Source of the DNA: an uncultured bacterium
Lineage (GTDB): Bacteria; Cyanobacteriota; Vampirovibrionia; Gastranaerophilales; Gastranaerophilaceae
Length of the DNA: 64,000 nt
Assembly: GCA_902783785.1 (NCBI GenBank)
Contig: CACZSH010000075.1
Span: 7,578-71,577, forward strand
Reading direction: 5' to 3'
Shown here: positions 46,323-55,213 of the stretch, piece by piece
Layout: each line of letters starts with the position of its first letter
How positions within the stretch are numbered: the first letter of the stretch is position 1
Position numbers and translations under genes: made by a program
The notes under the pieces: model-generated
Seen by the model: the letters and a program-made list of their open reading frames with translations, nothing else
The model's database searches: none
What the model was told of the DNA's origin: nothing

Positions 46323-48074
46323 TTACAGTCCTGTTTGAATAGTATTCTGATTATTTACTTTCTTTTTATAAGTGATTAAATCTTCTTCATCAAATAAAAT
46401 TCGTGGTGTTATCATTACTATGAACTCAGATTTACTTCTTGATAAACTTGAAGATCTGAATAAAAATCCAAGAATAGGAATATCTCCTAATAATGGGATT
46501 TTATCAATCCCCTTTGATTCTTGTTCATTTACTAAACCACCTAAAATTAGTGTATCGCCATCTTTAACTCTTATATTTTTTAAATCTAAATTTCTTCTTG
46601 CAAGTAGTGTCGCTTCAACTTGATCTCCTGAACCTAATTGACCTGCTACAACAGTATAAGTAGGATTTATATTAAATGTAACATAGCCTTCCGGACTTAT
46701 TTGAGGTGTTATTGAAAATTTTAAACCTTTATCATTGCCAATATCATAATTTTTTGTTGTTTTTACTGTTGTAGAGCTTGCATTATTGGCCATATCTGTT
46801 GTTACTTTTTTGATATAATCTTCTGTTAAATCAATAGTTGATGTTTGACCATTAGTAACAAGAATACGAGGATTTGATAGTAATTTACCTTTTGCATTTG
46901 TCATTAGATAATTAACTGCCCATGATATTGTTGTAGGAAAGTTAGGGGCATCTCCTGCCAATACGATATCGGCAATTGTTGAAACACCTCCGTCAAGAGA
47001 TAAGGCTATTCTTCCCTGATCATATACCCATGAGTTTGTTAAAGTTTTAGATCCGTTTTCACTTGACTCTACTATTGCTATTTCCAAATATGCCATTAAT
47101 TGTTTTTTGTCATGTTCTGTTATGAATTCTCGAATTGTTTCGATTTGATTGTCATTGCCCCCTATAACATTTATAGTTCCTATTTGAGGGTAATATGATA
47201 CCGTTAATGTTTGAGTCGGAAAAGATGAAAATGTTCCTGCTTGAACATTATTTTTTATATTACAAGCTACAACACCTTCTCCTAATTTTATATCGTCTGC
47301 ACCACCTGTGATATTGCCTCTGAATATATCACTTGCTCCTGATGTTTGTGAGCCAAATGCTGTTGGAACAAGTATTTTACATATTAAATCAGCCATTTCT
47401 TTTGGTGTTGTGTGATTTAATATAAATGTTGTAGATTTTGGTTTTTTATCAAATTTATCTAATATTTTTTGAGCCATAAGTACATCGTTTTTAGTTCCAA
47501 ATATTAGTAATTCATTATCAAGAGGATTTGTTGTTACTATATCTCCTGTTGATAGTCCTGGTAAATTTTGCGCAAAGATATTTTTATTTAAAAAATTTGC
47601 TATCAATGCCGCATCAAGATTTTTAACAGGTAGTGATGTCATAGTATGTCTTGAATAGGTCAAATCTTTTGCATCTTTTGCACTTGCAACTATCATTGTT
47701 TTATTTTCAATAAAATATGTTAAATCTGATACTTGCATTACCATTTTAAATGCATTATTGATAGGTACATTAACTAAATCAAGTGTTATTTTCTTTTTTG
47801 AATCTACTGAATTATGAAAAATTATGTTTAATCCGGCTTGATCTGCGAACATTCTGAGAACTTGTTGTACATCTGAATCTCTTAAACTTAATGTAATATT
47901 AGGATTTGTTTTTGTAAATTGAATATCCCCTTCTAAGATCATTTGTGTTGGTTTTGAATCTCTTAATACAGGTTTTTGACTTACTGCATATGCAGAAGAA
48001 ATATTCATTCCTAACAATGCAATTATTAAAGATAAACTTACTATACTTTTCATTTTTAATTTTAATTTTATCAT
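46323..48074 (-). CDS. pilQ: type IV pilus secretin PilQ
   Basis: Signal peptide, N0-like domain (VQQVLRMFADQAGLNIIF), and secretin C-domain (TLILGGLV...IPLLGDIPILGFLFRS...ITPRIL). Confidence 0.9.
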   Translation of the reverse strand: MIKLKLKMKSIVSLSLIIALLGMNISSAYAVSQKPVLRDSKPTQMILEGDIQFTKTNPNITLSLRDSDVQQVLRMFADQAGLNIIFHNSVDSKKKITLDLVNVPINNAFKMVMQVSDLTYFIENKTMIVASAKDAKDLTYSRHTMTSLPVKNLDAALIANFLNKNIFAQNLPGLSTGDIVTTNPLDNELLIFGTKNDVLMAQKILDKFDKKPKSTTFILNHTTPKEMADLICKILVPTAFGSQTSGASDIFRGNITGGADDIKLGEGVVACNIKNNVQAGTFSSFPTQTLTVSYYPQIGTINVIGGNDNQIETIREFITEHDKKQLMAYLEIAIVESSENGSKTLTNSWVYDQGRIALSLDGGVSTIADIVLAGDAPNFPTTISWAVNYLMTNAKGKLLSNPRILVTNGQTSTIDLTEDYIKKVTTDMANNASSTTVKTTKNYDIGNDKGLKFSITPQISPEGYVTFNINPTYTVVAGQLGSGDQVEATLLARRNLDLKNIRVKDGDTLILGGLVNEQESKGIDKIPLLGDIPILGFLFRSSSLSRSKSEFIVMITPRILFDEEDLITYKKKVNNQNTIQTGL

Positions 48075-48085
48075 TTTATTTAACC

Positions 48086-49036
48086 TTATAATCTTTCTCT
48101 TGAGTTATAAATCATTTTGTCGATTCCATAAGAACCTCCAAATTTATTACTTAAGTTGGAAACAGTATTATATTCAAGCTTACCGCTTATTTGTTCACCA
48201 ACTCCGGCATTGTAAACATTTGAACCCAATTGTACAGTTACTGTATTAGGTGTTATATTTAGAACTTTAAATCTGTTTATGATATCGCCTTTTTTTACAA
48301 GATAATCTGAACCTTGTATATTTATTATCGCAGATGGATTATATGTATCATATAAAATACCTGAAATTGTAGTTGTCATTATTGTTCCAGCATCAGATTC
48401 TTCCGGGATTGATGGTATTGGTTCCGGATAATTAACTTTTGGTGCTATTCCCAATGCGTTTGTATATGGCACAAACGGATTTGTTCTTTCTTTATCACTT
48501 ACTGTAAATTGAACTTTTTTTTCTCCAACTGCAATAGCGATATCAGAATCATCATAATTGTCGTCTATTTCTATAATTTTACGACCTTTTCTAGGTATTG
48601 TTAATGCAGATACTCCACTTCCGTCGTTAGGATTTGGCAATTGCGAATTATATGAACCGTTCACTCCTGTTGGCGTAGAGCCTGATGTTGCGGAAGTTCC
48701 TAACTCTGCGTTATATAATACGTCAAGTGATGATATGTCATTATTTTGTGTTGAGGTATCTGCTAAAAATTCATTTTTTATTTTTATAGGATGAGAGTCT
48801 AGTTGATATAAATCATAAATATAATATATTGTATAACCAGCAAGCAATGAGCATAAACTTAGCATGATAGCAATTGTTGCGTACATTATTTTTTCATTTT
48901 TAAAAATATTGTTAAATCTTATTTTAAACACATTAAGAGTGTCATGACTAATCTCAAATCTATCAGTCATGGCTGTTGGAAAATTAACATATCTTATGTT
49001 AACGTTTACTTTATCGTTGCTAAACCCATTTATCAT
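48086..49036 (-). CDS. hypothetical single-pass membrane protein with PilP-like C-terminal beta domain
   Basis: One TM helix (MYATIAIMLSLCSLLAGYTIYYI), a Ser/Thr/Gly/Asn linker, then ISGILYDTYNPSAIINIQGSDYLVKKGDIINRFKVLNITPNTVTVQLG. First gene of the pilQBC operon. The start codon is uncertain. Confidence 0.5.
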   Translation of the reverse strand: MINGFSNDKVNVNIRYVNFPTAMTDRFEISHDTLNVFKIRFNNIFKNEKIMYATIAIMLSLCSLLAGYTIYYIYDLYQLDSHPIKIKNEFLADTSTQNNDISSLDVLYNAELGTSATSGSTPTGVNGSYNSQLPNPNDGSGVSALTIPRKGRKIIEIDDNYDDSDIAIAVGEKKVQFTVSDKERTNPFVPYTNALGIAPKVNYPEPIPSIPEESDAGTIMTTTISGILYDTYNPSAIINIQGSDYLVKKGDIINRFKVLNITPNTVTVQLGSNVYNAGVGEQISGKLEYNTVSNLSNKFGGSYGIDKMIYNSRERL

Positions 49037-49186
49037 GGCTTTTTGCGCCCCTGTATTCCTTCTCCGATTTGTGAATATTTCAATATTTTTCTACAATATT
49101 TTACATTTTATCATATGTGTTTTTAAAAAACAAAATTCTTAACATTATTTTTTTTAACATTCCTTTTATTTTTAATTGTAATGGTT

Positions 49187-49201
49187 TATAATTAAGAAAT
49201 G
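49187..49201 (+). promoter_or_regulatory. leaderless-type promoter of the U32-like gene: TATAAT-N6-ATG
   Basis: TATAAT 49187-49192, TAAGAA, ATG 49199. No SD. Confidence 0.5.
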
Positions 49202-50863
49202 AAAGATATTATAGTAGTTTCACCAATTAAGAAACCTGAAGATATAGATAATTTTGTTAAGAATTCATGCTGTCGTGAATTTTATGTTTATCATTCTAAA
49301 TTTTTAAATAATAATTTTGAATATGTTAATGAGTTTATAGAGAGAGCAAAGCTTAATAATTCAAAACTTTACATAAATTTTAAGCATAGTATTACGGAAG
49401 ATGATTTAGTTGAGATAAAAAAACTAATTAAATATCTTAAAAATACAAAAATCGATGGGATTTTTATTAATACATTTGCTATATTAGAGGCTATTAAAGT
49501 TCAAACTTTGCCATTTAAGGTTATTATTGATTCATATTTTGATATTCATAATTTGTCAGGTATTGATTTTATAAATAATTTCCACAAAGTTCATGGGGTA
49601 ATTATTACAGAAGAAATTTATATGAAAAATATTGCAAAGATTAAAAAATTTACTAATTTGCCTTTAGCAATTGATTCGGATAATCTTCCTTGGTGTTGTG
49701 AAGATTTAAAAAAACTTAATGCTATAGATAAAGTTGTTATTAAGGGTAAATTTTCTAATTCAGAAGAGATTTTAGATGGTATTTTATTAATTGAAAAAAT
49801 TCTTCAAAAACCTAAGATGTTTAAAAATCAAAAATTACCTTTTAAACATGTTAGAAAATCTACATATCAGACTAATCACTTTTCAGGTGATATGTTGTCT
49901 GCTGAAGGTAGAGATTTTAAATTTAGTCGTAATATTCAAACTTTTGAATGGGATATTAAAAAAAGTCGTTTAGTTAAAGATTTTGAATATTATGGTGAAG
50001 AAAAATTTAAAGTAAATTTAAGACTTTCTGAAATTGCACATATTAAAGAAGTTAAAAAACTTATCAAAAAATTAGGTTACAATCCTATTTATTCTATTGA
50101 GTACGGAGAAATTCTTTCTACGGCAGATTTGGCTACTAGCAGTTTTGATCAGGTTATAAAAAAAGTTAAGAAATTTTGTAATGATTATGGCATTCGCTTT
50201 CAGATGTCTACTCCAAGAATTCTGATAGAACGAGATTTTGACAGAGTTTATGAATATGAAAAACAATTACTTTTAGAGGAACCTTTTCCTGCAAGTTTAA
50301 TCATTAATAACATCGGTTATTTTTGGAATGTAATTAATGATTCTGATTTGAGTAGAATTCCTATTGAAATAGGTCAAGGAATAAATCTTTTAAATTCAAT
50401 GTCAATTAATTGTTTAAATAATATGTATCCTATTAATACAATCGATTTTACTTCTTTTAATGATGAAGAAAATATTGTTAATACCGTAAAAAAAATAAAA
50501 AATATTATTCCAAGAAAAAAACTTACAATAGCTGGAAATACAAGAATTCCGGCTTCAGGTTTATGTCCGTTGAATAATGATAGCGCTATTGTTTCTCGTC
50601 TTTCTTGTAAGGCACCTTGTCATAGAGGCGGATTTGCTCTTAAAGATCCTGCTCTAAAAAAAATAATTCCGTTTACATGTGATGGCTTTTGCAGAATGCA
50701 TATGTTTTCGGATAAAATTTTAGAAAATTTTGATAAAATTGATTATTTTGTAAAGGTTGGTATAAATGAATTTGTTTTTGATTTTTCTGCTTTAAACGCA
50801 AAATTTATCCCAATTATTATGACGGATTTTTTAAACAGTAGATTTGTGATTAATAGCAAATAA
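49199..50863 (+). CDS. divergent peptidase-U32-family-like protein (two U32-type lobes, C-terminal Cys cluster)
   Basis: U32-like layout (IVVSPIKKPEDID...KLYINFKHSITEDDL...KIDGIFINTFAILE), repeated near aa 290-380. Cys cluster GLCP...CKAPCHRGG...CDGFC. The assignment is tentative. Confidence 0.5.
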   Translation: MKDIIVVSPIKKPEDIDNFVKNSCCREFYVYHSKFLNNNFEYVNEFIERAKLNNSKLYINFKHSITEDDLVEIKKLIKYLKNTKIDGIFINTFAILEAIKVQTLPFKVIIDSYFDIHNLSGIDFINNFHKVHGVIITEEIYMKNIAKIKKFTNLPLAIDSDNLPWCCEDLKKLNAIDKVVIKGKFSNSEEILDGILLIEKILQKPKMFKNQKLPFKHVRKSTYQTNHFSGDMLSAEGRDFKFSRNIQTFEWDIKKSRLVKDFEYYGEEKFKVNLRLSEIAHIKEVKKLIKKLGYNPIYSIEYGEILSTADLATSSFDQVIKKVKKFCNDYGIRFQMSTPRILIERDFDRVYEYEKQLLLEEPFPASLIINNIGYFWNVINDSDLSRIPIEIGQGINLLNSMSINCLNNMYPINTIDFTSFNDEENIVNTVKKIKNIIPRKKLTIAGNTRIPASGLCPLNNDSAIVSRLSCKAPCHRGGFALKDPALKKIIPFTCDGFCRMHMFSDKILENFDKIDYFVKVGINEFVFDFSALNAKFIPIIMTDFLNSRFVINSK

Positions 50864-50903
50864 AATTTATTGTGTTAAAATAGATTTGTATTTGAAAGGA
50901 AAA

Positions 50904-51446
50904 GAAATGAAAAATAAGATTTTTATAGCTATAACAGTTTTTGTTTTTGGTTTATGTTTTGGAATTAATATTTCAGATATTGTTTTTGCAGAAAATACAC
51001 CTGTAAAAAATACATCTGTAAAAACTACTGTTGTTGAAAAATCTCAAAATACAGTTTTAAATTCAAAGCTTACTCAAAAAGCTGAAGAGATAGCGTGTGT
51101 TAAACCTTTAGATTTGGTTGATAATCCGGATGTTTATTTGAATAAAAAAGTTAAAATTACAGCAATATTTGATAAATTTTCAATTTTAGGTTTGGATTAT
51201 AAACCTGCAATGAGAAGTTCTGAAAAATATATAACATTTTTAATTCAAAGACCTGAAGTTTCTAATGATATTCCTTTATCAGAATTGAAAAATTTTTTAA
51301 CCAGAGAAATGGCTGAAAAATTTATTGATTTAAATAATGGTGATACCATTGAATATACGGGTACAGTTTTTTCATCCGCGTTGGGTGATGCTTGGGTAGA
51401 TGTTGATAATTTAACTGTTTTAAAAAAGAAAGAAGTAAAAAAATAA
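50904..51446 (+). CDS. hypothetical exported protein
   Basis: Start placed at ATG 50904, after AAGGAAAAG. Signal-peptide-like MKNKIFIAITVFVFGLCFG. Confidence 0.5.
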   Translation, partial: EMKNKIFIAITVFVFGLCFGINISDIVFAENTPVKNTSVKTTVVEKSQNTVLNSKLTQKAEEIACVKPLDLVDNPDVYLNKKVKITAIFDKFSILGLDYKPAMRSSEKYITFLIQRPEVSNDIPLSELKNFLTREMAEKFIDLNNGDTIEYTGTVFSSALGDAWVDVDNLTVLKKKEVKK

Positions 51447-51478
51447 AAACAATTATTGTATAATTAAATCATTTATAT

Positions 51479-51496
51479 GACAAAAAATTTTTTGTC
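51479..51496. repeat. 18-nt perfect palindrome GACAAAAAATTTTTTGTC upstream of the large GH57 gene
   Basis: Read directly from the sequence. Lies between the exported-protein gene and the GH57 -10 element. Confidence 0.6.
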
Positions 51497-51499
51497 GTA

Positions 51500-51508
51500 T
51501 GCTAAAAT
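51500..51508 (+). promoter_or_regulatory. extended -10 element (TGcTAAAAT) upstream of the large GH57 gene (short SD-containing leader)
   Basis: TG 51500-51501 and TAAAAT 51503-51508. GGGAG SD and ATG 51535 lie downstream. Confidence 0.35.
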
Positions 51509-51534
51509 CTTATAATATAGGGAGATATTATAAG

Positions 51535-54036
51535 ATGAGTGAGAGAAAAAATTATTTAACTATACACGGGCATTTTTATCAACCTCCAAGAGAAAATCCT
51601 TGGTTGGAGTCTATAGAAACTCAAGATAGCGCATTACCTTTTCATGATTGGAACGAAAGAATAAATTTTGAATGTTATAATCCTAATTCTGTTTCTAAAA
51701 TAGTTGATAGTAGAAATAAAATTTTAGATTTGGTAAACAATTATGAGTATATGAGTTTTAACTTTGGTGCAACTCTTTTATCGTGGATGGAAGAAAATGC
51801 ACCCCAAACTTATGACAGAATTATAAAAGCTGATATTGAAAGTGTTATTGAACATAACGGGCATGGTAATGCTTTGGCTCAAGTGTATAATCACATAATT
51901 ATGCCTCTTGCAAATTATCAAGATAAGCAGGCTCAAGTGAAATGGGGTATAAAAGATTTCTTTTATCGTTTTGGCAGACAACCTGAAGGTATGTGGCTTG
52001 CAGAAACGGCTGTTGATGAGGAAACTTTAAGTGTTTTAGTCGATAATGGTATCAAATTCACAATTCTTTCTCCTTATCAAGCATTGAGATGTAAAAAAAT
52101 AGAAGCTGATAATTGGCAAGATGTAAGCTGGGGTAATATTGATCCTGCAAGACCTTATCGTTATTATTTGAAAAATGGTAAAGGAAAATATATTGATTTA
52201 TTCTTTTATGATGGCGCAATTTCAAAATCCGTTGCTTTTGATGAACTTTTAAAAGATGGTAATAAGTTTATCAGAAGATTAAAAGAGGGTGTTTCTAATG
52301 ATAGAGAATATCCTCAATTGGTTAATATTGCTACGGATGGAGAAAGTTACGGTCATCATACAAAATTTGGTGATATGGCTTTGGCATACGTTGTTAAAGT
52401 TCGTGCGGAAGATGAAGGCTTTGAAATAGTAAATTACGGTGAGTTTTTAGATAAATTTGGCGTAAAATATGAAGTTGATATAAAACAAGCTTCAAGTTGG
52501 AGTTGTTTTCACGGTGTCGGTAGATGGTCTGACGATTGCGGTTGTTCAACAGGCGGACATCCGGGTTGGAATCAAAAGTGGAGAAAGCCTCTTCGTGAAG
52601 CATTAAATACTCTTCGTGATAAATTGGCAGAAATCTACGAAACCGAAGGCAAAAAATATTTTAAAGATGTTTGGTCAGCTCGTAATAATTATATAGACGT
52701 TATTTTAGACAGATCAATTTTAAATGTAAAAAAATACCAAAAAGCAAATTTTGTTGAAGGTTTATCAGGAGAAGATAAAGTTTCAGCAATGAAACTTCTT
52801 GAAATTCAAAGACAGTCTTTATTAATGTTTACAAGTTGTGGATGGTTCTTCTCTGAAATATCAGGTATTGAAACAACTCAAATAATGAAATACGCTGCAA
52901 GAGCTATTCAGCTTGCAAAATCATTTACCGATGAAAATTTGGAAGAAGAATTTTTATCAATATTAGAAAAAGCAGAAAGTAACATTAAAGAATATGGCAA
53001 CGGTCGAGATGTTTATGAAAAATTTGTCAGACCAAGTATTGTAAGTATAAAACAGATGGCTGCTTTATGGGCAATTTCTTCTTTGTTTAAAGATTTTGAA
53101 GCGGAGGAAGATTTATATTGTTATACAATGAAAAAAGTTGCTTATAAAAAAGTTTCTAAAGGTTCAACTAATTTTGTTGTAGCTCATGTTGAAATAAAAT
53201 CTAATATTACATTAGAAACTTTTGATACAGTGATTGCATTAATTCAATATCAAGGCGGAGATTTTCACTGTGCAATCAAAGACTTTACAACTCAAAAAGA
53301 TTATTTAATAACTCAGGATGATTTGATCAAAACATTTTTGACTCAGCCGTTAACTGAGATAATTAGAAAGATTGATGAGTATTTTGGTGCTAAATATTTT
53401 ACGTTGAAAGATATATTTATTGAAGAGAGAAAAAATATTCTTTCTATGATACTAAAAGATCAAACTGATAAATTTGCTGAAACATACAGAAAAATGTATG
53501 ATGATGGAAAAAGTTCCATCCAACAAATGCAATCTTTGGGTTTAGATATTCCTAATGAATTTAAAATTTCTGCTCAGTATGCTTTGACTAAAAAATTTAA
53601 TGATTTATTTATTACAGACAAGAATTATATTGATGAAGATATTATACAAGAAGCAATTGATATAAATTCAGAGGCTAAACTTTTGGGTATAGAAATAGAT
53701 AAAATGCCTACAAGTAAAATTTTTTCTAAAAAAATACTTCAAAGTATAACATTCCTTGCAAGTAATCTGGATTATAGTCAAGCTGATGCGACATTAGATC
53801 TTTTTAAACAAGTAGAAGATTTAGATATGGATGTTGAAATATCTGAAGCTCAAAATATTTTCTTCAGCAAAATATTTATTCAAATGGGTGATTTCTTATA
53901 CGGATTTGAAAAAAATCACACAAAACGGGATGTAGAATACTTGGAAATGTTATTCTCTATTAGTTCAAAATTAAATATAAACTCAGAATTTTATCGTACA
54001 AAATTTGATAAAATTTTGCTTGAACAGATGAACTAA
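51535..54036 (+). CDS. glycoside hydrolase family 57 protein (large form with C-terminal extension)
   Basis: YLTIHGHFYQPPRENPW, ATDGESYGHH, and CGWFFSE. Start placed at ATG 51535, after GGGAG. Confidence 0.8.
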   Translation: MSERKNYLTIHGHFYQPPRENPWLESIETQDSALPFHDWNERINFECYNPNSVSKIVDSRNKILDLVNNYEYMSFNFGATLLSWMEENAPQTYDRIIKADIESVIEHNGHGNALAQVYNHIIMPLANYQDKQAQVKWGIKDFFYRFGRQPEGMWLAETAVDEETLSVLVDNGIKFTILSPYQALRCKKIEADNWQDVSWGNIDPARPYRYYLKNGKGKYIDLFFYDGAISKSVAFDELLKDGNKFIRRLKEGVSNDREYPQLVNIATDGESYGHHTKFGDMALAYVVKVRAEDEGFEIVNYGEFLDKFGVKYEVDIKQASSWSCFHGVGRWSDDCGCSTGGHPGWNQKWRKPLREALNTLRDKLAEIYETEGKKYFKDVWSARNNYIDVILDRSILNVKKYQKANFVEGLSGEDKVSAMKLLEIQRQSLLMFTSCGWFFSEISGIETTQIMKYAARAIQLAKSFTDENLEEEFLSILEKAESNIKEYGNGRDVYEKFVRPSIVSIKQMAALWAISSLFKDFEAEEDLYCYTMKKVAYKKVSKGSTNFVVAHVEIKSNITLETFDTVIALIQYQGGDFHCAIKDFTTQKDYLITQDDLIKTFLTQPLTEIIRKIDEYFGAKYFTLKDIFIEERKNILSMILKDQTDKFAETYRKMYDDGKSSIQQMQSLGLDIPNEFKISAQYALTKKFNDLFITDKNYIDEDIIQEAIDINSEAKLLGIEIDKMPTSKIFSKKILQSITFLASNLDYSQADATLDLFKQVEDLDMDVEISEAQNIFFSKIFIQMGDFLYGFEKNHTKRDVEYLEMLFSISSKLNINSEFYRTKFDKILLEQMN

Positions 54037-54041
54037 AAATG

Positions 54042-55166
54042 TTAAATATTAAAAAATTCGGAAATCAGTCTTTCAATTTGAAGGGCTGATTTGCCGTTTC
54101 CATACGGATTTTGAACTTTTAATCTTGTATCTTTTTTATCTTGAGAAAGTATTTCTTCGCTTAATTCCATAATTTTGTCATAATCAGCTCCGACAAGAGT
54201 TGATACCCCTGCTTCAATACCTTCTTGGCGTTCTGTTTCATATCTCATAACAAGTGTCGGACATCCGAACGACGGTGCTTCTTCTTGTATTCCTCCGCTG
54301 TCTGTCAATATTAATTTCGCATTTTTCATTAAATATACAAGATTTGGATAATCCAAAGGTTCTAAAAGATGTATATTTTCAATATGGTTTAATTCGTTAT
54401 GAATTTTTTCTTTTACATTTGGATTTGGATGAACAGGAATTATAAAATTATGAAATTTATGTTTTTCAGCCAGTGTTTTTATAGCTTTTATAATTCTATC
54501 CAGTCTTTCTCCATGATTTTCTCTTCTGTGTGCAGTTACAAGAACGGTATTGTCGTTTACCGTAATATTTTTTTCTTCGTAGAATTTTTTAGCATTATTT
54601 ATTGTTTCTTCTGACAAACAGAAAAGTGCGTCAATCACTGTATTGCCTACGACATGTATTTTATTTTTATCGATATTTTCTTTTAGCAAGGCTTTTTTAT
54701 TTTTTTCTGTCGGACAAAAATGTAAATCCGCAACACGTGATGTCATTTGACGCATAACTTCTTCCGGAAAAGGTTCAAATATGTCATATGAACGTAAGCC
54801 TGCTTCTACATGAAATACAGGAGTTTTATTATAAAAACTTGTTAATGCACCGCAAAGAACAGTCATTGTATCACCTTGTACAATTGTTGCATCAATTTTT
54901 TGTTTATTAAACACTTCGCTCAAAGATGTTAAAATTCTTGCTTGAACTTCTGCCAATGTTTGATTTGGCTTCATGCAGTCTAAATTTATATCCGCTTTTA
55001 AATTGAAATATGCTAAAGTTTGATTTGAAAGTTCTTTTTGCTGTTCCGTATTGCAAACAATGACATTATATTTTTTAGGGAATTTTTTTAATTCCAAAAT
55101 TACGGGAGCTAACTTTATAACCTCCGGTCTTGTGCCGAAAACAAATAATATATTTTTCTTATCCAT
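54042..55166 (-). CDS. wecB: UDP-N-acetylglucosamine 2-epimerase (non-hydrolysing)
   Basis: ILFVFGTRPEVIKLAPV, VQGDT, HVEAGLRS, TAHRREN, and DSGGIQEEAPSFG. Confidence 0.9.
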   Translation of the reverse strand: MDKKNILFVFGTRPEVIKLAPVILELKKFPKKYNVIVCNTEQQKELSNQTLAYFNLKADINLDCMKPNQTLAEVQARILTSLSEVFNKQKIDATIVQGDTMTVLCGALTSFYNKTPVFHVEAGLRSYDIFEPFPEEVMRQMTSRVADLHFCPTEKNKKALLKENIDKNKIHVVGNTVIDALFCLSEETINNAKKFYEEKNITVNDNTVLVTAHRRENHGERLDRIIKAIKTLAEKHKFHNFIIPVHPNPNVKEKIHNELNHIENIHLLEPLDYPNLVYLMKNAKLILTDSGGIQEEAPSFGCPTLVMRYETERQEGIEAGVSTLVGADYDKIMELSEEILSQDKKDTRLKVQNPYGNGKSALQIERLISEFFNI

Positions 55167-55180
55167 ACTGTAATTTTACA
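55164..55180 (-). promoter_or_regulatory. leaderless-type promoter of wecB: TAAAAT-N6-ATG
   Basis: Minus strand: TAAAAT 55178-55173 (TG at 55180-55179), TACAGT, ATG 55166. No SD. Confidence 0.5.
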
Positions 55181-55195
55181 ATAAATAAATTTTTT

Positions 55196-55213
55196 TGCTA
55201 TACTTATTTTATG
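55196..55213 (+). promoter_or_regulatory. leaderless-type extended -10 promoter of trmFO: TGcTATACT-N6-ATG
   Basis: TG 55196-55197, TATACT 55199-55204, TATTTT, ATG 55211. No SD. Confidence 0.5.
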
